Shown here piece after piece: positions 31,415 through 40,860 of a stretch of DNA of 64,000 nt. Both the position numbers and the translations under genes were made by a program. How positions within the stretch are numbered: the first letter of the stretch is position 1; each line of letters starts with the position of its first letter. Source of the DNA: Amoebidium appalachense (lineage: Eukaryota > Protista > Ichthyosporea); assembly GCA_963693365.1 (NCBI GenBank), contig CAVNZM010000011.1:3886335-3950334 (forward strand). The letters are read 5' to 3'. Under the pieces are notes generated by a model, which worked only from the letters and a program-made list of their open reading frames with translations, was not told the DNA's origin and did not search any database.

Positions 31415-32024
31415 TGTAAACAGTTGAACTAGTTGGGATAAGGCAGAGAACAACTGAATCAGAATAAAGACAGAGAACGGGTAGTAAGGCACACGCGGCC
31501 AGGTTACTATTTAATGTGCTCGTTCAGAGTGATCCCCCGTACTGGGACGGCTTGTTTATATAGCCCCCAGGTTCCGGATCATCTGGATGGGTGGCATTGA
31601 TGCCTTCGTGACTTCTGACCAGTCACAAGAGTGCGGTCGTCTTTATGTGCACACAGTGCACCAATAACATGAAGCTAACTAAAAGGATAACTTTGTGGCA
31701 AATGATTGGCCAATACTTAAGCCCGTTTAGGTTTATGCAACTGGGTCTGATTTCCTTATTGGTTCCGTTCGTTTAGCTATAGATGTCGCCTCCGTAGTGG
31801 ATGAGACTTGCATTCCTATCCTAGCGGTTCTCGAATTCTGTTGGTTCATACTGACTGCACGGCCACTGCATATTGCCGGCGCCGCGGCTCAGTCGTGAGC
31901 CGCAGCCCGCGGCTGTCACGTGTGATATTGATCTGATCATATGTACACAATATCTACGTGATCACTATGATATGTACAGTATATTCGTAATAGTAAACAT
32001 GTACGGCGTGTACAGATGTTTACA
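31415..32024 (-). repeat. 5' LTR
   Basis: Direct repeat of 23773-24382; PBS at 31400-31413. Confidence 0.95.
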
Positions 32025-32029
32025 CGCAT

Positions 32030-32531
32030 CTCAAACTGCAAGACCGTGCGCATCACACACGTCGACACCGACCTGCCCAGCGACGACGAGGACACCTACA
32101 CCGACCCCGCGCCCCCCGTGCTCTTCATCCGCGCAGTCCAGCGCCTGACCATGACGAACCACTTCACCCCGTGGCGCGCCTACGACATGGAGACCCTGGT
32201 CGCTGTCCGCGCAGTATGGACCGCGTCGTTCATGCGCGCTATCCGCACCCTGTGCAGGCTGCGCCACCTGTGCATCGTCTGGATCGTTGCAAGTCCTTAC
32301 CACCCGCGCGTCCGCGGCATGTGCCTTCCCGAACACCCCTCCTTCCTAGTCATGGAGGGCTTTGCAAGCGTCTCCTTGGACACGGAGTGCGCGCCTCGTC
32401 CGCGCCTCATCACCCCCATCACGTCCGATACCGTCGTCGTCGAGCTCGCCGGCGAGAAGTGGAGGGTCGGTGAAACGGCCCAGTTCTACGAGGTCGCACA
32501 CGGCCTGTTTGCACGCGCGCCGCAGGCTTGA
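32030..32531 (+). pseudogene. 3' part of the gene split by the Gypsy insertion
   Basis: In frame with 23324-23772 across the TSD; same high-GC3 codon style. Confidence 0.8.
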
Positions 32532-32646
32532 CCACACACGCACACACACCATGTACATTTAACTACACACACGCGGGGCTGGCCCCCGCCTTCACAACAC
32601 ACAAACTCAATAAACGTCTGTTTGTATTTTTATTGGTGCCACACGT

Positions 32647-32937
32647 ATGGCGTATCGCTGGGAATACAAGCTCAAGGAGGAGCCAGGCAAGGCCCCCGTC
32701 ATCCAGGCCACGGTTGTCCCCACAGAGGAAACGCAACGCCACACCGAGCGCGAGAAGCAGCGCTACGCCAGGGAGCTCGCGGACAAGGGCTACATCGACC
32801 TGCCCGACGAGCTCGCGCGGAAGTGCGGGTTCAAGCACTGGGTGCCCAAGAACCAGGCCATGACCGCGATTGTCATGCAAAGGATGTTAGAACCCGATGA
32901 CGAGCCAGAGCCGCCCATGGAAAATAAAGAGAAATAG
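32647..32937 (+). CDS. Small hypothetical protein (96 aa)
   Basis: ATG start, high GC3, AATAAA within the last codons. Confidence 0.6.
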   Translation: MAYRWEYKLKEEPGKAPVIQATVVPTEETQRHTEREKQRYARELADKGYIDLPDELARKCGFKHWVPKNQAMTAIVMQRMLEPDDEPEPPMENKEK

Positions 32938-33168
32938 GCAGCGCGACAGATCAGGGGGGATGTTGTGGCTTTGATTGGTGCAAGGTCTTTGGATGTGACT
33001 TCTGATTTCCGATTGGTGGATCTTGTGTTTGCTCTTTAATTGGTTCTTGATTGGTTGACGGGTGTGATCTGATTGGCTTGATGCTTGCGCGACATCCGGT
33101 ATAAAAGCTTACCACACAAGAACAGGCCACCAGTTCGCATTTCCAATTTCACATGAACATTCTGTGTT

Positions 33169-34041
33169 ATGAAAATGCCGGTGCGCATGGAACTGACCCG
33201 CATCGCCACGGAGGACGAGCTCACGAGGTACCTAGACCGCAAATTTGAATGCGTTGCAGAATCCACGGGCGATGGCCGGGATTGGTCGTGCCTAATTGAG
33301 TCGAGATGGGACCACGCACACAGGGTGGCTATTCCCATTCTGTCAAACGGACAGATCAGTGTCCAGAGTGTTGGTGTAAATGGCATGACTCGTTATGAGC
33401 GCGACGAACGTTCCATGCGCGGCTACATCAAACTGTACAAGCCCGGACACCCCGTTACCGACCCGACCCTCAGCGAATACTACTATGAATTCGACACCAC
33501 GCTCAGCGACAGCGAGGCCGGCATGGGGTATGGTTACAGATGTGAACGACGGCCCCCCGTATACGCCACCAAGCCGACCAGAGACGGATGGGTTTTCTGG
33601 AACGTTTTTGGGGATCCAAACTTGGATGAAGTCGATGGTGTGGCGCCTGCCATGTCCAGGAAACCCTACTGGGTCATGCCCAGCCTCCTGTTTGAGAACG
33701 TCGTATGCACTACCCCATCCCCTGCCGCGCCTCCGTCCACCCTGCAAGAGGGTGCCTACCGCGTCGGGATCGAGCACGGTGCCCCCGTTTCGATGGCCCC
33801 CGGCGCTGTGGCCGCTCAAGACTTCACCACCGCGCTTGACGACTGGGCCTCCGAGTGGCTCGACCCGTTCTTTGAGCGGGTCAACGTCCAGGTCGAGAAC
33901 GCGGGTCTGCCGCTAAGGGACGCCGTGTTGGACACCGTCCACGCCCGCAACCGCACAACCGAGTTCTTCGGCCTGCCTCGCAGCCTGCGTAGAGGACCGA
34001 CACCGTGGAACAACTCAGGCCATGTAGGACACGCACTTTGA
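33169..34041 (+). CDS. Hypothetical protein, paralog of 16148-16978
   Basis: Shared motifs as listed for the paralog; TATAAAA at about 33100 and five ATTGG boxes upstream. Confidence 0.8.
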   Translation: MKMPVRMELTRIATEDELTRYLDRKFECVAESTGDGRDWSCLIESRWDHAHRVAIPILSNGQISVQSVGVNGMTRYERDERSMRGYIKLYKPGHPVTDPTLSEYYYEFDTTLSDSEAGMGYGYRCERRPPVYATKPTRDGWVFWNVFGDPNLDEVDGVAPAMSRKPYWVMPSLLFENVVCTTPSPAAPPSTLQEGAYRVGIEHGAPVSMAPGAVAAQDFTTALDDWASEWLDPFFERVNVQVENAGLPLRDAVLDTVHARNRTTEFFGLPRSLRRGPTPWNNSGHVGHAL

Positions 34042-34239
34042 AGACGGCTTGCCGTGGATTTGTCCTCCGCGGACAGGCCCGCTTGGGGTCTTGTGGGTTT
34101 CGTCCTAATAAATGCAGGTGACTGGTCACCGGTGGCACTGTATCCGCTATTTTTGGAGGAATGTCATTTGTATATTGATAAACAATAAAACCCATTGATC
34201 GTTGGTCAGTCGTGTCAATTTAATCTTTTTCCTTGTGAA

Positions 34240-34587
34240 ATGGACGTGGAAGTGTACAACCCAGGGTGTTATTGGTACGTGGGAGATCGCGGGCGGTTAG
34301 ACAACATGCTGCGCAGCGCGCGTGCTCACTCTGGGACTGTGGTTCTTTCCGCGACGAGTGATTTGATTACACAAGTATGTGGAGTGGATCAAAAAAGCCG
34401 CTTTGTTGTGAACGCGTTGGCGAGCAGCCTGTCGATTCCAGATATATGTTGGAATGTCGGTGAACTCGTCGGTGTTTTGACAAAAACACAGTCTCGTGTA
34501 CCGGAAGTCGTGGTGATTGCCAAGCGAGAGCCCTGGTGGGATCCACCTTTCAAAGGGGTGGGTCGTTTCAAGTTGATACGGGTGTAG
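34240..34587 (+). CDS. Hypothetical protein
   Basis: 115-aa ORF from ATG 34240; no motif recognised. Confidence 0.4.
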   Translation: MDVEVYNPGCYWYVGDRGRLDNMLRSARAHSGTVVLSATSDLITQVCGVDQKSRFVVNALASSLSIPDICWNVGELVGVLTKTQSRVPEVVVIAKREPWWDPPFKGVGRFKLIRV

Positions 34588-34837
34588 CACCTGAAAGTAT
34601 TTTCTGTGCGGTTTCCGTCTCGGTGAATTGTGTGGATGTGGTGTATGTATATGCAAGCATTAGTGGCAACAGTATCCACAGCCAGCGAATCATGAAGTTG
34701 TCGCATAATGGGTCCAGTATTGGGTGGGACCCGGTTTTTTGCTTCAGTGATCTGTTTATTCTATGAACGTCACATGATATCAGCGTCAACCAGAACAGGA
34801 CGAATGAGATGGCGGACGCGACTACCCAAGGCCACAT
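34568..34837 (-). CDS. Small two-TM membrane protein
   Basis: MWPWVVASAISFVLFWLTLI and IRWLWILLPLMLAY hydrophobic segments. Confidence 0.45.
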   Translation of the reverse strand: MWPWVVASAISFVLFWLTLISCDVHRINRSLKQKTGSHPILDPLCDNFMIRWLWILLPLMLAYTYTTSTQFTETETAQKILSGATPVST

Positions 34838-34938
34838 TGTGCACTTGTACCAATAAAAAGAGGAAGCCTGTGTCTGTCGCGCGATACGACCCTTCACAGC
34901 ACCGCCTGGGCCTTTTTTTTCGATCCGTATCTAAATCG

Positions 34939-35112
34939 GATCTGGTTGGTCCGCCCGGTTTGACCGCTGATCTAATTGGTCCGCCCGGTTTGACCTCTGA
35001 TCTGATTAGTCCTAATTGGTTTGTGTGTTTTGACCGTTGATCTGATTGGTCCATCCGGTTTGACCGTTGATCTGATTAGTTCGCGTGGTTTGACCGCTGA
35101 TCTGATTGGTCC
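34939..35112. repeat. About 30-bp tandem repeat x6 carrying ATTGG-like boxes
   Basis: GATCTGATTGGTCCGCCCGGTTTGACCGCT-like units starting at 34939, 34969, 34999, 35039, 35069 and 35099. Confidence 0.9.
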
Positions 35113-35426
35113 CGAACGCCGCGGTAATCACCATAATGGGAAGCATGTGTGGTGGCGTGCTTTTTGCGTGGTTTGGTTGGTTGTTCACTCGGCGAATTTT
35201 ATTTTTTTTTTTTGCAAAGCGAAACGCGAGGCCACTTGATTGGCCAGACGAAATAATCACTCCAAAAAACGTGAAAGGCGAGCCCTTTAATTGGCCAAGC
35301 GAAAATAAAGCATTGTTTTAATTGGCTATGTTTCTGCTGAGTTGAACCCTACGTGATGCGCATTGGTTCGTTTTGGTGGTTGCGCTAATGCAGATGTTTA
35401 TAAGGACTCTTCGCGTCGCAGAAGCC

Positions 35427-35690
35427 TTCTGTTTTCCATCGTGAACGAGCCGTGTTGTAAGCGTCCTTTTTTAGAAGAGACTTTTTTTCTGTTTTCCATC
35501 GTGAACGAGCCGTGTTGTAAGCGTCCTTTTTTAGAAGAGACTTTTTTTCTGTTTTCCATCGTGAACGAGCCGTGTTGTAAGCGTCCTTTTTTAGAAGAGA
35601 CTTTTTTTCTGTTTTCCATCGTGAACGAGCCGTGTTTTAAGCGTCCTTTTTTTAGAAGAGATTTTTTTTTTCTGTTTTCCATCGTCTACG
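35427..35690. repeat. 60-bp tandem repeat, about 4.3 copies
   Basis: TTCTGTTTTCCATCGTGAACGAGCCGTGTTGTAAGCGTCCTTTTTTAGAAGAGACTTTTT repeated almost exactly. Confidence 0.95.
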
Positions 35691-35775
35691 AACCGTGACA
35701 TGTAGCGACACAAAATTTCGGTGTTTGATTGTGTTTTTAAGCCCGTTTGGAATCGTTCGTGTTAACGGGTTCACA

Positions 35776-36786
35776 ATGGCTTCTATTCGCTATGCTCGTG
35801 TCTCCGGGACTTTTCGGGTTATTATTGATTTCTTTGATGCACTGGAAACAAGACCCTCCCACAAGCGTGACCCGAGCATGCAAAGCCACATGCGGATTTC
35901 CCTGCCTTCCCTTGCCAGATTGTGGCGTCACGCACAGGTCCTCGCGGTGACTAACGAAACTGTCGTCGATTCGATTGACGAATATGATTTTTTGTTGGAT
36001 AAGTTGCTCGACGTTTGTGCACATCTCACCCTCGACACCTCTGGTATAGCAACAATTGGTGTTCGTGACTTCCGGTTGTGTTTGAAAAAAATCGATGCCG
36101 ATTCTATTTTTTCTCCCGACGTCGAAGTACATCGCTCCTACAAAGCTGATTGGGATGACGTTGTTGGCAAATGCATCGCGTTCATGACATATCGTGACAG
36201 TGCTCTATACGACCAAGACCCGTGGCCTGTGACCGATGAAGACAAGAAGGTTTTCAGTTGTGTGTTGGCCGAGTATTCGTATTTGTATGCCCTTACCTCC
36301 GCCGTGAATGCCCAGAAGAAGGACGAGATTGGGGCCCTTTCTCGTCAGATTAAAGTGCTACAGGCACAGAAATCCAAACTCACAAGCGACGTGTACAACA
36401 ACGAACAGCGTCTGAAGCGATATCACAACGTCGAGCCGAAAGAGTGTCATTTTGGTTGTGGTCTGCCTCGCCGACGCGGTTCTGGCGACTCCGTCAAACG
36501 ACGTAAGAGTAGTTGTGACGATTTGGGTGGTGATGGTGGTGGTGATGCTCTTGCTTTGTATGTGAAGATGGAGTCTTTGGAGGAACATGTGCGTTTGGAA
36601 CGTGTGCGTACATTGGCCTATTGCGAGTCAGGTGATGAGAGTGAAAGTGAAAGCGAAAGTGAAAGTGAAAATAGTGGTGATGACGACAATGGTGTATCTC
36701 TGGTTGTGTACCATAACACATCTCGTCCCTCTCTCCTTTTCCGTCCAAATATGAATGTACAATCCGATCATACCGAGGATGAATGA
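35776..36786 (+). CDS. Hypothetical protein with coiled coil and acidic ES-repeat tail
   Basis: ATG 35776 (MASIRY); lower GC than its neighbours. Confidence 0.65.
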   Translation: MASIRYARVSGTFRVIIDFFDALETRPSHKRDPSMQSHMRISLPSLARLWRHAQVLAVTNETVVDSIDEYDFLLDKLLDVCAHLTLDTSGIATIGVRDFRLCLKKIDADSIFSPDVEVHRSYKADWDDVVGKCIAFMTYRDSALYDQDPWPVTDEDKKVFSCVLAEYSYLYALTSAVNAQKKDEIGALSRQIKVLQAQKSKLTSDVYNNEQRLKRYHNVEPKECHFGCGLPRRRGSGDSVKRRKSSCDDLGGDGGGDALALYVKMESLEEHVRLERVRTLAYCESGDESESESESESENSGDDDNGVSLVVYHNTSRPSLLFRPNMNVQSDHTEDE

Positions 36787-36944
36787 CCTGTATATAGAAA
36801 AAACCGACACTCACCTTTTGGAATTTATATGCTCGAATTTAGATCATTGATGCTGATCAGAATATGTGGGTTGGGAATTGTTATACCCGTATTGTATGCT
36901 AAAATAAACCCCCGTGAAGTATATACAGATCCCTGTTTTTGGAA

Positions 36945-37170
36945 ACCCCCCCCCCCCCCCCCCGGCCCCCTGCCCCCCTGCCTCACGTGCCTCACGTGCC
37001 CCCTGCCTCACGTGCCCCCCTGCCTCACGTGCCTCACGTGCCCCCCCCTGCCCCCCCCTGCCTCACCTGCCTCACGTGCCTCACCTGCCTCACGTGCCCC
37101 CCCTGCCCCCCCTGCCTCACGTGCCCCCCCCTGCCTCACGTGCCTCACGTGCCCCCCCCCCCCTGCCCGG
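36945..37170. repeat. 9-bp repeat array (TGCCTCACG/TGCCCCCCC) with poly-C runs
   Basis: Directly visible; same core TGCCTC as 13036-13192. Confidence 0.85.
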
Positions 37171-37173
37171 GTC

Positions 37174-37706
37174 AAGACTTAGCTCGTGTAGACTTAGCTT
37201 TTTTCTCTCTCTCTCTCTCTCTCGTGTAGACTTAGCTTTTTTCTCTCTCTCTCTCTCTCGTGTAGACTTAGCTTTTCTCTCTCTCTCTCTCTCTCTCGTG
37301 TAGACTTAGCTTTTTTCTCTCTCTCTCTCTCTCGTGTAGACTTAGCTTTTTTCTCTCTCTCTCTCTCTCGTGTAGACTTAGCTTTTTTCTCTCTCTCTCT
37401 CTCGTGTAGACTTAGCTTTTTTCTCTCTCTCTCTCTCGTGTAGACTTAGCTTTTTTCTCTCTCTCTCTTTTCTCTCTCTCTCTCTCTCTCGTGTAGACTT
37501 AGCTTTTTTCTCTCTCTCTCTCTCGTGTAGACTTAGCTTTTTTCTCTCTCTCTCTTTTCTCTCTCTCTCTCTCTCTCGTGTAGACTTAGCTTTTTTCTCT
37601 CTCTCTCTCTCTCGTGTAGACTTAGCTTTTTTCTCTCTCTCTCTTTTCTCTCTCTCTCTCTCTCTCGTGTGGACTTAGCTTTCTCTCTCTCTCTCTCTCT
37701 CTCTCT
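37174..37706. repeat. Minisatellite: constant CGTGTAGACTTAGCTTTT unit separated by variable (CT)n tracts, about 13 copies
   Basis: Directly visible. Confidence 0.95.
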
Positions 37707-37798
37707 GTCTGTGCCCGTGTCCATACTTAGACGTTTTGCTCCCTGTCCCCGTTCCCCGTTCCCGGCCTATTTCTGATTGGTTTCTTGTCTTTACTTTA

Positions 37799-38656
37799 TT
37801 AGGCAAATAGGCGCGTGATGCTGTTGGTCGGGACACACAGCTTGCCGGTGGGTCGGGCAGTGACGTCAGCCACGAATCCGGGTGCGATGATTGGCTTCAC
37901 TTCCGGCTCTGGAATGTGTGGCTCCATCAACACCTCGAAGTCTTGCACCATGCTTGGGTCGGTCCAGCCACGTGCCTGTGTGCAGTAAACACGCCAATGG
38001 GCTCTCGCCACGTGCACGGCCTCCGTGTAGTCGGTGTATGTGCCGATCTTGTGGTATTGCCCTTTCTTGTGCGCCATTGGAAACCTCACCTCGAAATAAC
38101 CTTCGCGGGTGTTAACGAACCGGCATGGCTGCCCTGCGATTCGTTTCTTGAGTTGGTTGTACTCAGTCGGCCGTATGCAGAGATTGGTCCGTCGGTTGTC
38201 GGCTTTTGATTGGTTTAGGTGATCGATCTGTAAGCCGCCACTTGTGGTGATAAGGCCTTGGAAATAGCACACCAGTTGATGAGCCGTTGGTGCCTCTGTT
38301 TCGTGTTGGTTCCACCCGGGCAGGTACAGCCGCAGATAGCCTCCACTGCTACATACCCATCCCACACGTGTCGCCCATGCCATGTCCTCTTCAGAGAAAC
38401 GCCAATCGCACCCATCCATGTGTATCTTATCAGCACCCACTACCTGCATCTCATTGGCTTCACTCCACGTGTGCATCACCGGCTCGTCATCCTTATCGTA
38501 CCAGTACAGTCCGAATCCACCGCCCTTTGCCCTGTTGGCTTCATACCATGAAATTAACTGGCTGGGCTCGTATATGCATAGAGCCACCAGAAATTTACAC
38601 CATTGCGGTGCTTTGTGTATATTGTCGTTGTTCACTACCTGCTGCACTGGCAACAT
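37799..38656 (-). CDS. HNH homing-type endonuclease with AP2-like C-terminal domain
   Basis: AHQLV...QIDHLNQSKADNRRTNL (HNH), then YFEVRF...HKIGTYTDYTEAVHVA (AP2-like); AATAAA overlapping the stop. Confidence 0.85.
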   Translation of the reverse strand: MLPVQQVVNNDNIHKAPQWCKFLVALCIYEPSQLISWYEANRAKGGGFGLYWYDKDDEPVMHTWSEANEMQVVGADKIHMDGCDWRFSEEDMAWATRVGWVCSSGGYLRLYLPGWNQHETEAPTAHQLVCYFQGLITTSGGLQIDHLNQSKADNRRTNLCIRPTEYNQLKKRIAGQPCRFVNTREGYFEVRFPMAHKKGQYHKIGTYTDYTEAVHVARAHWRVYCTQARGWTDPSMVQDFEVLMEPHIPEPEVKPIIAPGFVADVTARPTGKLCVPTNSITRLFA

Positions 38657-39589
38657 ATGTTATGCACACATAATATTTTCCTCACCCCACCCCGCGTGCC
38701 TCCCGTGCCTCCTGTGCCTCCCGTGCCTCCTGTGCCTCCTGTGTCTCCTGTGCATTCTCCGTTCCCCGTTCCCCGGCCTGATCCTTAGTGTGATACTATG
38801 TCATCGCGTTTAAGAAATCTGTCTGTTGTCATTGGCCACTTACCCACTTAGAAGTGGGTAATGCTCTGTCGTTTGTTTTGTCTCCTTTTTTTTTTCTTTT
38901 TTTTTGATTTTAAGTGGGAAAAGTGGGAAGTGGGAAATAGATTGATCGCGATCGGATCGGAGGTGGTTTGGTGTGGTGTGATCTCAAAGAGTTACCAGGC
39001 CACGTGACTAGTCCAAACATCGAACCCACGGCCCTCTGAAAAAAAGACGGCCTGGATACAGAACGGGGTCAAAAGAGCAGATTGGTATTTCGATCCACTG
39101 GATTCGCTAGCAAACTACTATCATTGCGCAGATTATGAAGGAAAACGGAAGGAAAAAAAAAAACGACAAAAGTTTATGAAGTGCTTCCTATGTTCTAGGG
39201 CGTTTTTTTGTCTTAAAGTAATATGCGCAAGCCCTATAGCACAAAGTTTTGGCATAGTGTACATAATAGTGTAGCTGAGTCTCAGTATAGTTATATCTAT
39301 TGAGCAGTTCACGTTTACACAAACACGGCCGTGAGCAAAGATCTACTATAAAACTAGAACTCTTCTTTGCGTATATTCTCTCAAAGGTGTTTCTATCCAC
39401 TAGGTAACATAATACTACCTGTATGTTAAGTATTAGAACGTCTATGTCCTGCAACACTAACCACCAACCAATCAACACTGTGTAGCCCCCCCCCCCCCCC
39501 CCTCCTCCCCCCCCCCCGGCAAACCCTCACAACTCTACCTACTGGCAAAAAAAGAAAAGAAAGAGGGTTAGAAAACACTGACAAAGCCG

Positions 39590-40813
39590 CTAGAGCTCTG
39601 CTTCCTCCACATACGCCTCTACCATCCAATCGTACTCCGCCTCTGCTGCCTCCAGTGCAGCCACCAGCTCGTCATCGCTTCCCTCCATCTCCCACTCGAC
39701 GGTAGGTGGTTCCGCCGTGGTTGTTTTGTTTTCACCTTCCTTTCCCTTCTTCCTCCCTTCGCCTCCCTTTTCCTCTGTTTTGCTCTCCTTTTTCTTCTTT
39801 GCTGGTTTTGTCGACGGCATGCTCCCTGCAACTGTGGCTGGGACGCCTGCCCCCGCGGCGGCCTCGCTCGCCGCCAAAGCGGCCGCCTGCACTGTTTTGG
39901 CTTTCCGGTTTGCTTTGTTGGGTGCTTTCTTCGCTTGTTCCTTGCGTTGACGCACATACGCGCTCAGGTGGCAGTTGGTTGCAACGGTTATCAGTCGTTC
40001 CACTAGTGCTCTCTTTTGCGTGCCGCACACCCCACACTCGTCCATAAGTGCCTTATCGGTATTGTACCTTTTGACTGCATGTTCGCTGAGTAGGACAGCC
40101 ACCGTTCTATGGCTGCCCCCCGGAAGGTACGTGTTGACCAGTGGCTTTAGCAGTGCCTCCACCACACAGTAGACCAATGTGACAATGCTCACTGTTGGTG
40201 GTGAAGGGAAAGTCAGGCCCCCCCGATTGGCGGCGCGGATGAGTCGGTAGTGATCGTCTGTGGCTCTCCCGGCCGTAGTGGTGGCTGTTTCTGTAGCTGT
40301 GGTGCTTGTTTCAGTGGGTGTGTTGGTGTTTTTGTTGGGTGTAGTGATTTCGAGATGTGCACGACATGTGTTGCAGCCAACACCGCGCACGTGAAGCGCG
40401 TGCACACAGAACCCTGCCCGGTAGGTTAGCACCTCTGGCTTTCTGATGTCTTCGCTGATTTTATAGACGTGGCCCCAGATGGTGTTGTTGTAGAGTGGGA
40501 GAATGGTCTCGATGGTGATCGTTTTGCGTTTGCTGTTGAGCGCTGTGTTCATGTTGTCGAACAGCTGTGTTACACTTGTGCCCGTCTGCACTGCCAGCTT
40601 TGCCAGCTTCTGCACCCGTATCCTTTTGACGGCCTGGAGAGTCTGTTCATAGAGGTGAGTTTATTGTGTGATTTGTGTATATATTGATGGCACGTGGCTA
40701 TAAAAGTTTAATATGACACAATATGGCGCGGGCGCGCAAGCAGTGTATCATAGCATATCTTCGTGTGTACACAAGCATGGTTTAGGTATATCTGCATGGG
40801 GTTGTGTATGTAT

Positions 40814-40860
<47 letters not shown>

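Larger units (their letters stand above)
23773..32024 (-). mobile_element. Full-length Ty3/Gypsy LTR retrotransposon with chromodomain
   Basis: 610-bp LTRs (23773-24382, 31415-32024) with TGTAAACA...TGTTTACA ends. 5-bp TSD CGCAT (23768-23772, 32025-32029). PBS TGGCGACCGCGCAG and PPT GAGAAGGGGGGGGAG. Order gag-PR-RT-RH-IN-chromo. Confidence 0.97.
200..38950. mobile_element. Putative giant endogenous viral element (NCLDV-like), partly pseudogenised; left end outside the window, right end approximate
   Basis: Dense, apparently intronless ORFs with AATAAA at or near stops. Gene families typical of large DNA viruses (A16/G9-like, penton-like, D5-like helicase, Bro-N-like, T5orf172-like, HNH-AP2). 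Invaded by eukaryotic LTR retrotransposons. No MCP or PolB in the window. Confidence 0.75.

Noticed and set aside
35427-35690. CRISPR array or repeat-protein ORFs (35363..35698, 35398..35682)
   Set aside because: Head-to-tail 60-mers with no unique spacers; the ORFs are by-products of a repeat length divisible by three.
37174-37706. CRISPR array
   Set aside because: Spacers are only (CT)n tracts, there are no cas genes, and the context is eukaryotic.
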